A DNA stretch of 64,000 nt from assembly GCA_963721805.1 (NCBI GenBank), contig CAVRJY010000001.1, positions 768,001-832,000 of the forward strand, in the 5' to 3' direction. Shown here piece by piece: positions 48,587 to 58,841 of this stretch. The position numbers and the translations under genes were made by a program. The notes under the pieces are model-generated. The model was not told the DNA's origin, made no database searches, and worked only from the letters and a program-made list of their open reading frames with translations. Every line of letters starts with the position of its first letter. The stretch's first letter is position 1. Source of the DNA: Nitrospirota bacterium (lineage in GTDB: Bacteria > Nitrospirota > Thermodesulfovibrionia > Thermodesulfovibrionales > JdFR-86).

Positions 48587-49678
48587 ATGATAAGGGTGCC
48601 TGATTACGTCGCGAGCATCACGCCTTACAAGCCCGGAAAGCCTATCTCGGAGCTCGAACGCGAACTCGGCATCAACGGCTCCATAAAGCTCGCATCGAAC
48701 GAAAATCCGTTAGGCCCATCAAAGAAGGCGCTCGCCGCGATCAGGGCGAACCTCAGGGACCTCAACCGCTACCCCGACGGCGGCGGGTATTACCTGAAGG
48801 CCGCGCTGTCGGCCAAGCTCGGGGTGCGGGAGTCGCACCTCATACTGGGCAACGGCTCGAACGAGCTTCTGGATATCGCCGCGCGCACGTTCCTGCGTCC
48901 GGGTGACGAGGCCGTCATGGCCACGCCGTCGTTCGTAGTCTATTCGATGGCGGTGCGCCAGATAGGGGCCCGCGCGATAGAGGTGCCGTGCCTGAACTTC
49001 CGCCACGACCTCGCAGCGATGGCCAACGCGATAACCGAGCGCACGCGGATGGTCTTCATCGCGAACCCGAATAACCCTACCGGGACGATGAACTCCAAGC
49101 CAGAGTTCGACGCGTTTATGGATGCGGTCCCCGAGGACATCATCGTCGTGATCGACGAGGCATACTACGAATACGTCGTGAGCCCTGAGTACGCCGACAG
49201 CTTAAAGCACCTCAGGCAGGGCAGAAACCTGCTGGTGCTCCGCACGTTTTCGAAGATTTACGGCCTCGCGGGACTGCGCATAGGTTACGGCATGTCCTCG
49301 GCCGAGATACTCGAGGAGATGAACCGCATCCGGGAGCCGTTTAATACCGGCACGCTCGCTCAGGCGGCCGCGCTCGCGGCGCTCGACGATACGGAGCATG
49401 TCGAGCGCACCCGCAGGATCAACGGCCAGGGCAGGAAGTTCCTCTACCGCGAGCTCAGGAAACTGAAGCTTCGCTCCGTGCCGACCGAGGCGAATTTTAT
49501 CTACGTCCCGGTCCAGTTCGAGTCGTCCGCCCTCTACGATGCGCTGCTTCGAAAGGGCGTGATAATCAGGCCCGCCGGCCCCCATGCGGTGCGCATCACA
49601 ATAGGCACGATGGCCGAAAACAGGCGGCTCGCCGCGGCGCTCGAAGACGTGCTGCCCGGCCTCGTTGGAGGGCAATAA
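48587..49678 (+). CDS. hisC: Histidinol-phosphate/aromatic aminotransferase
   Basis: [41 protein letters not shown]. Confidence 0.94.
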   Translation: MIRVPDYVASITPYKPGKPISELERELGINGSIKLASNENPLGPSKKALAAIRANLRDLNRYPDGGGYYLKAALSAKLGVRESHLILGNGSNELLDIAARTFLRPGDEAVMATPSFVVYSMAVRQIGARAIEVPCLNFRHDLAAMANAITERTRMVFIANPNNPTGTMNSKPEFDAFMDAVPEDIIVVIDEAYYEYVVSPEYADSLKHLRQGRNLLVLRTFSKIYGLAGLRIGYGMSSAEILEEMNRIREPFNTGTLAQAAALAALDDTEHVERTRRINGQGRKFLYRELRKLKLRSVPTEANFIYVPVQFESSALYDALLRKGVIIRPAGPHAVRITIGTMAENRRLAAALEDVLPGLVGGQ

Positions 49679-50706
49679 TGGACATCATCGTACTTAAGCC
49701 CGGCGTAACCAAAGACGAGATCCGGCGGATCGAGAAGAAGCTGTTCGCCTGGAACCTCACGGCCAACATCACGATCAAGGGCACCGAGCGCACGATCATC
49801 GGCGTCAAGGGCGATACCTCGCGCATAACCCAGGATGAGGAAAACGCGGTGCGCGCGATGTCCGGCGTCGAGGAGGTCATGCGCATCCTCAAGCCCTACA
49901 AGCTCGCGAGCCGCGAGTTCCAGAAGGCGAACTCCGTGATCTCGGTCCGGGGCCGCAAGATCGGCGGCAAGAAGGTCGTGATCATGGCCGGGCCGTGCGC
50001 GATCGAGGGCCGCGATGTCATGCTCGACGTAGCCCGGAAGGTTAAAAAAGCAGGGGCTTCGTTCGTGCGCGGCGGGGCGTTTAAGCCGCGCACCTCGCCA
50101 TATGCCTTTCAGGGCATGGGTGAGGAGGGCCTCAAAATCCTCAAAGAGGTCCGTGAAGTTACCGGGCTGCCTGTCGTCACCGAACTGATGGACCCGCGCG
50201 ACATTGAGCTGCTCGTTAAATACTCCGACATCATACAGATCGGGGCGCGCAACATGCAGAACTTCCGGCTGCTCCTGGAGGTCGGGATGTGCAGAAAGCC
50301 GGTGTTGCTTAAGCGCGGCCTCTCGGCCACGATCAAGGAGTGGCTGATGGCGGCCGAGTACATCATGTCCAACGGAAACCACGAGGTCATACTCTGCGAG
50401 CGCGGCATCCGCACGTTTGAGACCGCGACCAGAAACACGCTGGATCTTAGCGCGGTGCCGGTGCTCAAGCAGCTCACGCACCTGCCGGTTATAGTCGACC
50501 CGAGCCACGGCGTCGGAAAGTGGGACCTGGTGGCCCCGATGGCCAAGGCCGCTGTCGCGGCCGGGGCGGACGGCCTGATGATCGAGGTGCACACGAACCC
50601 CTCCGAGGCCCTCTCAGACGGCGAGCAGTCGCTGACTCCAGATGCGTTTGCAAAGCTCGTTAAGGAACTCGGCCCGGTCGCGCGCGCGGTCGGAAGGACG
50701 ATATGA
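49678..50706 (+). CDS. aroF: DAHP synthase (type I-beta)
   Basis: [42 protein letters not shown]. Confidence 0.95.
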   Translation: MDIIVLKPGVTKDEIRRIEKKLFAWNLTANITIKGTERTIIGVKGDTSRITQDEENAVRAMSGVEEVMRILKPYKLASREFQKANSVISVRGRKIGGKKVVIMAGPCAIEGRDVMLDVARKVKKAGASFVRGGAFKPRTSPYAFQGMGEEGLKILKEVREVTGLPVVTELMDPRDIELLVKYSDIIQIGARNMQNFRLLLEVGMCRKPVLLKRGLSATIKEWLMAAEYIMSNGNHEVILCERGIRTFETATRNTLDLSAVPVLKQLTHLPVIVDPSHGVGKWDLVAPMAKAAVAAGADGLMIEVHTNPSEALSDGEQSLTPDAFAKLVKELGPVARAVGRTI

Positions 50707-51554
50707 AGTTTAACAAGATAGCGGTGCTCGGCGTCGGGCTCATCGGCGGCTCGTTCGCGATGGCTATGCGGGCGCACGGGCTTGCCGGGCATATAAGCGG
50801 GTATGGCCGCACCACAGAGAACATAGAAAAGGCGCTCAAGCGCGGCGTGATCGATTCGATCTCGACCGACCCGGCAGAGGCCGTGGCCGGCGCGGACCTC
50901 GTCCTGCTCGCTACCCCTGTCGGGCATTTCGTGACGATTGCCGGCCTGATACGCGGGTCGCTCAAGCCGGGCGCGATAGTGACCGACGCCGGGAGCGTCA
51001 AGGGCGCGGTGGTCGGTGAGATCGAGGCCCTGATGCCGGAGGGCGTGAGCTTCGTCGGCGCGCACCCGATAGCGGGCAGCGAGCGCGCGGGCGTTGATAA
51101 CGCGCAAGAGGCGCTGTTTAAGGGGGCGACCTGCATAATAACCCGCACGCCCCGCACCGACGAGAATGCGATCAGGGTTGTCAAGGAGCTATGGCTGGAG
51201 CTAGGTGCGCATATACGCGAGATGACCCCCGATGCGCACGACAGGGTCTATGCCCTCGTGAGCCACCTGCCGCACGCGGTTGCCTATGCGCTCGTAAACA
51301 CCGTGGCCGACGCGGACCCCGCATACCTGCGGCTCTCGGGCCGGGGGTTTAAAGACGCCACGCGGATAGCGATGAGCCCTCCGGACCTCTGGAAAGAGAT
51401 ATGCATGCTTAACCGCGAGCATATGATCGAGGCGCTCGCCGGACTTCGGCTGAACCTCGACAGGATAGAGGCGCACCTCAAGGCCGGGGACGCCGAGGCC
51501 CTGCGTGCCGAGTTCGAGCTCGCACGCTCGATGAGGGTCGGCCTTGGAAATTGA
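50703..51554 (+). CDS. tyrA: Prephenate/arogenate dehydrogenase
   Basis: [23 protein letters not shown]...A.VSHLPH. Confidence 0.94.
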   Translation: MKFNKIAVLGVGLIGGSFAMAMRAHGLAGHISGYGRTTENIEKALKRGVIDSISTDPAEAVAGADLVLLATPVGHFVTIAGLIRGSLKPGAIVTDAGSVKGAVVGEIEALMPEGVSFVGAHPIAGSERAGVDNAQEALFKGATCIITRTPRTDENAIRVVKELWLELGAHIREMTPDAHDRVYALVSHLPHAVAYALVNTVADADPAYLRLSGRGFKDATRIAMSPPDLWKEICMLNREHMIEALAGLRLNLDRIEAHLKAGDAEALRAEFELARSMRVGLGN

Positions 51555-52854
51555 GGTAACGCCCGCCAGTCGGCTTAAGGGCGAGATCACCCCTCCGCCG
51601 GATAAGTCCATCTCGCACCGTTCTATAATGCTCGGCTCGCTCGCGACCGGCAGAAGCGTGGTAAGAAACTTTCTCCGCGCCGCAGACACGTTAAGCACCG
51701 TTGGGGCGTTTCAATCAATGGGCGTTGAAATCAAGGTTGCCTATGCTGCCTATGAAAACTTTACAGGTATTGAGGTCGTGATAAACGGAGTCGGGCTACA
51801 CGGATTAAAAGAGCCCGTGGCTCCTATTGATTGCGGAAACTCAGGCACGACTATGCGGCTCATCTCGGGCATACTCTCCGGCAACCCGTTCTCTAGCGAA
51901 CTGGTCGGGGACGAATCCCTGAGCACGCGGCCCATGGGAAGGGTCGTCGAACCCCTGAGGCTCATGGGCGCGAATATTGACGGCGCTAGAAGAGATAACA
52001 AGATATATCCGCCCCTTAAGATCAAGGGCGGCGGGCTGAAGGGCATACGGTACGAGCTCCCGGTGCCTAGCGCGCAGGTGAAGTCCGCGATCCTGCTTGC
52101 GGGGCTATACGCCGAGGGCACTACCGAGGTGGTCGAGAGGGTGCGCTCGCGCGATCATAGCGAACGCATGCTCCCGGCCTGCGGTGCCGATCTGGTGGTC
52201 GACGGCCTGACCGTCCGCATAAAGGGCGGGGCCGAGCTCCACGCAAACGAGTTCATAGTCCCGGCGGATTTTTCGTCCGCAGCGTTCTTCATCGCGGCCG
52301 CACTCATCACCAAAGGTTCGGAGCTATTGATCAAATCAGTCAACATGAACCCGACGCGCACAGGGCTATTAAGCGTGCTTAAGGCCATGGGTGCGTCTAT
52401 TGAGATATTAAACGAGATGACCGTGGCCGGAGAGCCGATAGCCGACCTGCTGTGCAGGAGTTCGTCTCTGAAGGCCGTGACGGTCGACGAGGCTTTGATG
52501 CCGTCTATGATCGACGAGGTCCCGATCCTCGCGGTGCTCGCGGCATGCGCCGAGGGGACCACCGTGATACGCGGCGCTTCCGAGCTTCGCGTGAAGGAGA
52601 CCGACCGGATTAAGACGATAGCCGAGGGATTAAGGGCCATGGGCGTTGAGGTCGAAGAATTCCCTGACGGCATCGCGGTGACCGGCGGCCCGCTTAAGGG
52701 CGCGAACGTCCAGAGCCACGGCGACCACCGCATAGCGATGTCTCTGGCCGTGGCAGGGCTCGTGGCCGAGGGCAACACAAGGATAAGCGGCGCGGAGGCG
52801 GTCGATATATCGTTTCCGGGGTTCTTTGGGATGCTTGAGGGGCTCAAGGGCTGA
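51544..52854 (+). CDS. aroA: EPSP synthase (class II)
   Basis: DKSISHRS, CGNSGTTMR, SAQVKSA, RDHSERML, ELRVKETDRI, DHRIAM. Confidence 0.96.
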   Translation: MEIEVTPASRLKGEITPPPDKSISHRSIMLGSLATGRSVVRNFLRAADTLSTVGAFQSMGVEIKVAYAAYENFTGIEVVINGVGLHGLKEPVAPIDCGNSGTTMRLISGILSGNPFSSELVGDESLSTRPMGRVVEPLRLMGANIDGARRDNKIYPPLKIKGGGLKGIRYELPVPSAQVKSAILLAGLYAEGTTEVVERVRSRDHSERMLPACGADLVVDGLTVRIKGGAELHANEFIVPADFSSAAFFIAAALITKGSELLIKSVNMNPTRTGLLSVLKAMGASIEILNEMTVAGEPIADLLCRSSSLKAVTVDEALMPSMIDEVPILAVLAACAEGTTVIRGASELRVKETDRIKTIAEGLRAMGVEVEEFPDGIAVTGGPLKGANVQSHGDHRIAMSLAVAGLVAEGNTRISGAEAVDISFPGFFGMLEGLKG

Positions 52855-53504
52855 TGCGTGTTATCGCTATCGACGGCCCCTCGGGCGCGGGAAAGAGCTC
52901 GGTCGCGAAGCTGCTGGCCGCCGCGATGAAATTCAACTACCTCGATACCGGTGCGCTTTACAGGGCAGTGGCGCTCGCGCTCAGGCGCAAGGGCATCGAG
53001 CCCGAGGCCGCGGATGCCGAGATAACGCGTGCGCTTGAGGGCGTCTCGGTATCATTCAGAAACGGTGCGGTCATACTCGACGGCGAGGACGTCTCGGGTT
53101 TAATACGCACGACCGAGATGGGGCATTTCTCCTCGGTCTTCTCGGCGCGCCCGCCTGTCAGGAAGTTCCTGATGCCTGTGCAGCGCGAGGCCGCCCTTCA
53201 CCACGACCTCGTGGCCGAGGGCCGCGACATGACCACGGTGGTGTTCCCCAACGCCTGGAAAAAAATATACCTTGACGCGACTGTCGAGTCCCGCGCGATG
53301 AGGCGGTTCCTGCAGCTTAAAGACACCGGGGGAGTTACGCTTGAGGCCGCGACCGCTGACGTGGTCGAGCGCGACCGCCGGGATTCCTCGCGCGATATCG
53401 CCCCGCTTCGGCGCGCCGATGACGCGCATTACATCGACTCCTCGGCCCTCACGTTAGAGGAGACCGTGGCCGACGCGATCGCACACATAGGGGCCGGGGC
53501 GTGA
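52854..53504 (+). CDS. cmk: Cytidylate kinase
   Basis: AIDGPSGAGKS, LDTGALYR, EGRD..TVVFP, RD.RD..R..APL. Confidence 0.96.
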   Translation: MRVIAIDGPSGAGKSSVAKLLAAAMKFNYLDTGALYRAVALALRRKGIEPEAADAEITRALEGVSVSFRNGAVILDGEDVSGLIRTTEMGHFSSVFSARPPVRKFLMPVQREAALHHDLVAEGRDMTTVVFPNAWKKIYLDATVESRAMRRFLQLKDTGGVTLEAATADVVERDRRDSSRDIAPLRRADDAHYIDSSALTLEETVADAIAHIGAGA

Positions 53505-54352
53505 ACGTCCGCGTGGCGAAGACCGCAGGGTTCTGCTTCGGGGTCAAGAGGGCCGTGGACAGGGCCTTCGAGCTCGCGAGGCGAAACCCCGAGGGCGGGG
53601 CCTGCACGTACGGCCCGATCATCCATAACCCCCAGGTGGTGACGCAGCTCGCGGACGAGGGCGTCCCGCCTGTCAGGGACATCTCCGAACTCAGGGGCGA
53701 CGGGCACAGGACGGTCATAATCCGCACCCACGGGGTCTCGCTCGAGGTCATGGACGCGCTGGCCTCGATGGGCCGGGAGATCATGGACCTGACCTGCCCT
53801 TTCGTGACAAAAGCCCAGCAATATGCTAAACTTTTAAGGATCGAGGGCTATCAGATCATCATCCTCGGCGAGGAGGAGCACCCGGAGGTCGTAGGCATCA
53901 AAAGCTACGCGGGCGAGGACGCCATAGTAGTGAGGGGCGCCGAGCAGCTTCCGGAACTTCGGAGTAAAGTTGGCGTAGTCGTACAGACCACGCAGCAGAC
54001 CGAGACCCTCAAAAAACTGCTTTCGGCCCTGGTAGAGCACACCAAGGAGCTGAAGGTATATAATACTATTTGCAATTCGACCGCCATGCGCCTTCGCGAG
54101 ACGAAAGAGATGGCAGAGAGCGTGGACGTCATGGTCATCGTGGGCGGCCGGAACAGCGCCAATACGACGCAGCTTGCGACGCTCTCGCGGTCCCTGGGGG
54201 TGCCTACGCACCACATCGAGACCGCCTCGGAGCTTCAGGATGAGTGGTTCGAGGGCGCTAACACCGTTGGGATCACCGCCGGGGCATCGACCCCCGAGTG
54301 GATCATACAGGAAGTAAAAAAACGCATAAGCGATATAGGAGGAATGGGATAG
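53501..54352 (+). CDS. ispH: 4-hydroxy-3-methylbut-2-enyl diphosphate reductase
   Basis: AGFCFGV.RA, IIHN, TCPFV, HPEV, TICNST, SANT, GITAGASTP. Confidence 0.96.
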   Translation: MNVRVAKTAGFCFGVKRAVDRAFELARRNPEGGACTYGPIIHNPQVVTQLADEGVPPVRDISELRGDGHRTVIIRTHGVSLEVMDALASMGREIMDLTCPFVTKAQQYAKLLRIEGYQIIILGEEEHPEVVGIKSYAGEDAIVVRGAEQLPELRSKVGVVVQTTQQTETLKKLLSALVEHTKELKVYNTICNSTAMRLRETKEMAESVDVMVIVGGRNSANTTQLATLSRSLGVPTHHIETASELQDEWFEGANTVGITAGASTPEWIIQEVKKRISDIGGMG

Positions 54353-55944
54353 TGGTGGACAACGAGGAAATCAACGAAGACGAGCTCGAGCACGAAGACT
54401 TCGAGCAACTTTACGCCGACAGCTTTCAGGGCATCCAGAACGGCTCGGTCCTGAAGGGCAAGGTCGTGACGGTCAAGCAGGACACGGTGATCGTCGACGT
54501 GGGCTACAAGAGCGAGGGCGTCATCAGGGGCAGCGAGTTCACGCCCGAGGAGCTTGCGGCCCTTAAGCCCGGCGACGAGATGGAAGTCTACGTCGTCGCG
54601 GTCATAGACTCCGAGGGCACGATCATCCTGTCGAAGGAGAAGGCATCGCGCATCAAGTCCTGGGACGTGATCGAGGAGGCCTTCAAAAACGGCACTCCGG
54701 TGGAGGGCACCTTCCGCGAGAAGACCAAGGGCGGCATGTTCGTCGACATATCGGGCGTCAGGGCGTTCCTGCCGGCCTCGCACGTGGACCTCAGGCCCGT
54801 AAAGGACCTCGACGCGCTCGTAGGCCAGAAGGCCGAGTTCAAGATCATCAAGATGAACAACAAGCGCTCCAACATCATCGTCTCCCGCCGCGTGCAGCTC
54901 GAGGAGACCCGCTCGAAGCTCAAGAGCGGGACGCTCGAGGGCCTGGCCGAGGGCGCTATAATAAAAGGCACGGTCAAGAACATCACCGATTACGGCGTGT
55001 TCATCGACCTTGGCGGCATAGACGGCCTCCTGCATATCTCCGACATCTCCTGGGGCAGGATCACGCACCCCTCCAAGACCTTCACCGTCGGGCAGGAGGT
55101 CGAGGTCAAGGTCCTGAGCTTCGACCGCGAGACCGAGCGCGTCACGCTCGGGTACAAGCAGAAGTTCCCTGACCCCTGGAGCACGGTCGAGGAGAAATAC
55201 CCCGCCGGCACCCGCGTCAAGGGCAAGGTCGTGAGCATCACGGACTACGGGGCGTTCATCGAGATCGAGGACGCGCTCGAGGGCCTCGTGCACGTCACAG
55301 AGATCGAGTGGGGCACGCGCCCCAAGCACCCTTCTAAGTACCTCTCGCCCGGCGACGAGGTCGAGGCCGTGGTGCTCAAGGCCGACAAGACCGAGAGACG
55401 GCTCTCTCTGAGCATCAAGCAGATCAAGCAGAGCCCGTGGCAGCTCGTATCTGAGCGCTACCGCCCCGGCCAGACGATCTCCGGCAAGGTGCGCGGCATC
55501 ACCGACTTCGGGGCCTTCATCGGGCTGCCGGAGGGCGTGGACGGCCTCGTGCATATCTCCGACATGTCATGGACTCGCCACATAAAGCATCCCTCCGAGC
55601 TCCTCAAGAAGGGCCAGACGGTCGAGGCGGTCATACTCTCGATAGAGCCCGAGAAGGAGCGCATTGCGCTCGGGATCAAGCAGCTCACCCCAGATCCGTG
55701 GATCAACGACATACCGCAGCGCTTCACGATAGGCGACGAGGTCGACTGCATCGTGCTCAAGCAGACCGAGTTCGGCATATTCGTCGAGCTCGAAGGCGGC
55801 ATCGAGGGCCTGATCTATTCCTCCGAGGTGGTGCCGACCGAGGTCCCGATCTCAGACGGCGACCAGATCACGGCGCGGATCATCAAGGTCGACCTGGTTA
55901 ACAGGAAGATCGGCCTCAGCATGAAGAACCTCACAGGGGAATAG
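54352..55944 (+). CDS. rpsA: 30S ribosomal protein S1
   Basis: Repeated S1 domains (DVGYKSEG, ITDYGVF..LGG.DGLLHI); RBS AGGAGG 9 nt before GTG 54352. Confidence 0.96.
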   Translation: MVDNEEINEDELEHEDFEQLYADSFQGIQNGSVLKGKVVTVKQDTVIVDVGYKSEGVIRGSEFTPEELAALKPGDEMEVYVVAVIDSEGTIILSKEKASRIKSWDVIEEAFKNGTPVEGTFREKTKGGMFVDISGVRAFLPASHVDLRPVKDLDALVGQKAEFKIIKMNNKRSNIIVSRRVQLEETRSKLKSGTLEGLAEGAIIKGTVKNITDYGVFIDLGGIDGLLHISDISWGRITHPSKTFTVGQEVEVKVLSFDRETERVTLGYKQKFPDPWSTVEEKYPAGTRVKGKVVSITDYGAFIEIEDALEGLVHVTEIEWGTRPKHPSKYLSPGDEVEAVVLKADKTERRLSLSIKQIKQSPWQLVSERYRPGQTISGKVRGITDFGAFIGLPEGVDGLVHISDMSWTRHIKHPSELLKKGQTVEAVILSIEPEKERIALGIKQLTPDPWINDIPQRFTIGDEVDCIVLKQTEFGIFVELEGGIEGLIYSSEVVPTEVPISDGDQITARIIKVDLVNRKIGLSMKNLTGE

Positions 55945-56799
55945 ATGAAGAAGCTCCTCATCGCAGGGCTCGTGCTGCTGGTGGTGCTGGTCCTCATCAG
56001 CGCCGTCGTCGCGATGATGGGCTCCGACGCGCTCCCCATAGGCGAGAAGGTCGCGGTCCTCAAGATCGAAGGCCCGATAGTGGACGCCGACAAGACCATC
56101 GAGGAACTCAAGGGCTACGTCGATGACACCTCGGTCAAGGCCATAGTCGTGAGGGTCAACAGCCCGGGCGGCGCGGTGGCCCCCTCGCAGGAGATATTCG
56201 AGGAGATCAAGAAGGCTACCTCGATTAAGAAGGTCGTGGCCTCGATGGGCGCCGTGGCCGCATCCGGCGGGTTTTACGTCGCGGTCCCCGCAAACAGGAT
56301 CGTGGCCAACCCCGGCTCGGTCACCGGCTCGATCGGCGTCATCGTCGAGATCCCGAACATCGAGGGCCTGATGCAGAAGGTCGGCGTCCGAAGCGACGTG
56401 ATCAAGAGCGGCAAGCACAAGGACATGGCCTCGATGTTCCGCACGATGACCCCCGAGGAGCGAGCCCTGCTGCAGGGCGTGGTCGACGACATCCACGACC
56501 AGTTCGTTGACGCCGTTGCAAGCTCGCGGAAGATGCCGGTCGAGAAGGTCAGGCGCATAGCGGACGGCCGCGTGTTTTCGGGCCGGCAGGCCAAGGAGCT
56601 CGGGCTGGTCGACGAACTCGGCGATCTCAAGGACGCCATAAACCTCGCGGCTAAGCTCGCGGACATAAGCGGCGAGCCGAAGGTGGTCACAAGGAAGGAA
56701 AGGACGTCCCTGTTTGAGATGCTCAAGGGGATGTTCAGCGGCAACATATCCGGAAGCTTTTTCCCCGGCTTCGGCATAAAATACATGATGGTCCCGTAG
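55945..56799 (+). CDS. sppA: Signal peptide peptidase SppA
   Basis: NSPGG, AASGG.Y, TGSIGV, KSGKHKD, GLVDELG. Confidence 0.94.
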   Translation: MKKLLIAGLVLLVVLVLISAVVAMMGSDALPIGEKVAVLKIEGPIVDADKTIEELKGYVDDTSVKAIVVRVNSPGGAVAPSQEIFEEIKKATSIKKVVASMGAVAASGGFYVAVPANRIVANPGSVTGSIGVIVEIPNIEGLMQKVGVRSDVIKSGKHKDMASMFRTMTPEERALLQGVVDDIHDQFVDAVASSRKMPVEKVRRIADGRVFSGRQAKELGLVDELGDLKDAINLAAKLADISGEPKVVTRKERTSLFEMLKGMFSGNISGSFFPGFGIKYMMVP

Positions 56800-56810
56800 G
56801 AGGTCTCCGC

Positions 56811-57134
56811 ATGACGCGATCAGCGCTTATCGAGAAGGTGTCAGAGAGGGTCGAGGGCCTCACGCTGAGCCAGACCGAGATAATCATCGAGACGGTCTTC
56901 GACAGCATTCAGGAGGCGCTCGTAAAGGGCGAGAAGGTCGAGATACGAGGGTTCGGGAACTTCCGCCTCAAGCAGCGCCAGCCACGCAAGGCCCGCAACC
57001 CGAAGACCGGGGAGAGCGTCGACGTAAGCGAGAAGCAGGCGATCCGCTTCAAGGCAGGCAAGGCCTTAAGAGAAGCGCTGAATCCCGGCCTCGCCGACAA
57101 AGAAGACAAAGAAGATAAAGAAGAAGAGGACTAA
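56811..57134 (+). CDS. ihfB: Integration host factor beta / HU-family protein with acidic tail
   Basis: VEIRGFG.F, RNPKTGE.V, FK.GK.LR; position after rpsA-sppA. Confidence 0.88.
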   Translation: MTRSALIEKVSERVEGLTLSQTEIIIETVFDSIQEALVKGEKVEIRGFGNFRLKQRQPRKARNPKTGESVDVSEKQAIRFKAGKALREALNPGLADKEDKEDKEEED

Positions 57135-57150
57135 TTTATCCAGACTATAG

Positions 57151-57182
57151 GCCACACCCGGTTATGCCGGGTGTGGTTTTTT
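57151..57182 (+). terminator. Intrinsic terminator after ihfB
   Basis: GCCACACCCGG-TTATG-CCGGGTGTGGT plus T run. Confidence 0.88.
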
Positions 57183-57220
57183 ATTGGCCTTGCAACCCTG
57201 GCCTTACAAGGAGGTACGTT

Positions 57221-58042
57221 ATGGGGCTTTTCACTGTCGAGCGCGAGCTCTGCATGCGCGACGGGGTATGCGCCGCCGAGTGTCCGAGGAAGATCATAGG
57301 CACTGATGCGGACGGATTCCCAATACCGGCCGAGGGCGCTGAGGCGCTCTGCGTGGACTGCGGCCACTGTGTGGCGGTATGCCCCACCGGTGCGATCTCG
57401 CTGGCCCGGATGCCGAGGGAACTCTGCGCCATCATCGAGGACGGCCTCAAGTTGAGTCCTGAGCAGGCCTCGCAATACCTCAAGTCCCGCCGGTCTGTCA
57501 GATCTTACAAGAAAGAGCCGCTCCCGCGCGAGGTGATTCTTAAGATCATGGACATCGTGCGCTATGCGCCCACGGGCATGAATACGCAGGACGTGCAGTG
57601 GACCGTGATCGGCCCCGAGGGCTCGCGGCGCGTCGCGGAGTCCGTGATCGGCTGGATGCGTGCGCTCGTCGCGCTCGGCTCTCCGATGGCCGGGGCGTAC
57701 AACGCCAAGTCCATCGTCGAGGGCTGGGAGGCCGGGACGGACTTCATAATGAGGGGTGCGCCCCAGCTCGTCGTGGCCCACGCGCACAAAGACAACGCCC
57801 TGGCCCAGATCGACTGCACCATAGCGCTGACGTACCTCATGCTGGCCGCTATCCCCTATGGAGCCGGGACCTGCTGGGCCGGGTTCGTGCAGCTTGCGGC
57901 CGCGATGTCCCAAGACGTGCTCAAGTCCCTGGGGCTGCCCGAGGGACATAGGTGCAACGGGGCGATGATGCTCGGGTTTCCGTCCCACGAATTCCAGCGC
58001 ATCCCGTCACGCAAGGAGCCGGTTATTAACTGGGTGGTGTGA
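57221..58042 (+). CDS. Nitroreductase family protein with N-terminal ferredoxin domain
   Basis: CMRDGVCAAECP, CVDCGHCVAVCP, RRSVR.Y, APTG.N.Q, GTCWAG; RBS AAGGAGG. Confidence 0.9.
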   Translation: MGLFTVERELCMRDGVCAAECPRKIIGTDADGFPIPAEGAEALCVDCGHCVAVCPTGAISLARMPRELCAIIEDGLKLSPEQASQYLKSRRSVRSYKKEPLPREVILKIMDIVRYAPTGMNTQDVQWTVIGPEGSRRVAESVIGWMRALVALGSPMAGAYNAKSIVEGWEAGTDFIMRGAPQLVVAHAHKDNALAQIDCTIALTYLMLAAIPYGAGTCWAGFVQLAAAMSQDVLKSLGLPEGHRCNGAMMLGFPSHEFQRIPSRKEPVINWVV

Positions 58043-58289
58043 AAGTGCGTTAAAGTCGCGTGATACGTTGTCACGGCTTCGGAAATCCGTCCTCCAGAGT
58101 ACGTCTCAGTACACTTGCGGACGTTTTCCTCGCCGTTCCTAGTCTGACGCGCTTTATCGCACTTTATGGGGTTGGTCGCGGCTCCGCCGCTGGACCCCAT
58201 GCCCCAAGGTCAACGGCTTTAATTAGAGTGAGCGCGGAGCGCGAATAGGTGAGCGTAGCGAATAGGAACAGGGGCCAATCGGCCCCTTG
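58041..58289 (+). repeat. Structured dispersed repeat, copy 2
   Basis: Homologous to the reverse complement of 47185-47442; 126-bp imperfect palindrome at 58041-58166. Confidence 0.85.
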
Positions 58290-58330
58290 GCACGGTTCTT
58301 GTTTACCTGTCTCGCCCCATGTGTTAATAT
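58287..58330 (+). promoter_or_regulatory. Sigma54-like site overlapping a sigma70 promoter upstream of lptCAB-rpoN
   Basis: TTGGCACGGTTCTTGT (GG-N10-GT) at 58287-58302; TTTACC-N17-TAATAT with extended -10 TG at 58302-58330. Confidence 0.55.
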
Positions 58331-58343
58331 ATAGCCATACATT

Positions 58344-58841
58344 ATGGAAAAAGTTCTGCTGGCCGTGCTGGTTGCGATCGTGATAGTGATACCTATGTAC
58401 CTGGTGGAGACCGCCGAGAGGTTCCAGGGCAGGGGGGACACGGCCTCGATCATAAGCAACGCGGTGATATCGAACAAAAAAGACGGCAAAATCACATGGT
58501 TGATAAAGGCCAATAAGATGTCGATCGCGCCTGACATCTCAAACGCGATACTAAACGGCATAACGGTCGACGTGACCTCGGAATCGGCTAAAGTGGCGGC
58601 TGACCGGGGGGATTACGATTTCGGGACGCGAAACCTGCTGCTTACAGGCGGCGTACAGGCCGTCACGAAGGACCTTGTAATCACCGGCGACACGGCCATG
58701 GTCAAGGCCGAGACCGGCGAGATCACCTCCGATGGCGAGGTCAAGGTCACGGGCAAGAACATCAGTCTCACTGGCACCGGGCTATGGATGCTCGGCAATA
58801 AAATGAAGGTGATAAGAAATGTCAGAGCGGACGTCAAGTAA
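58344..58841 (+). CDS. lptC: LPS export protein LptC
   Basis: N-terminal TM, W.IKA, A..G.Y, G.G beta-jellyroll pattern; precedes lptA-lptB. Confidence 0.8.
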   Translation: MEKVLLAVLVAIVIVIPMYLVETAERFQGRGDTASIISNAVISNKKDGKITWLIKANKMSIAPDISNAILNGITVDVTSESAKVAADRGDYDFGTRNLLLTGGVQAVTKDLVITGDTAMVKAETGEITSDGEVKVTGKNISLTGTGLWMLGNKMKVIRNVRADVK

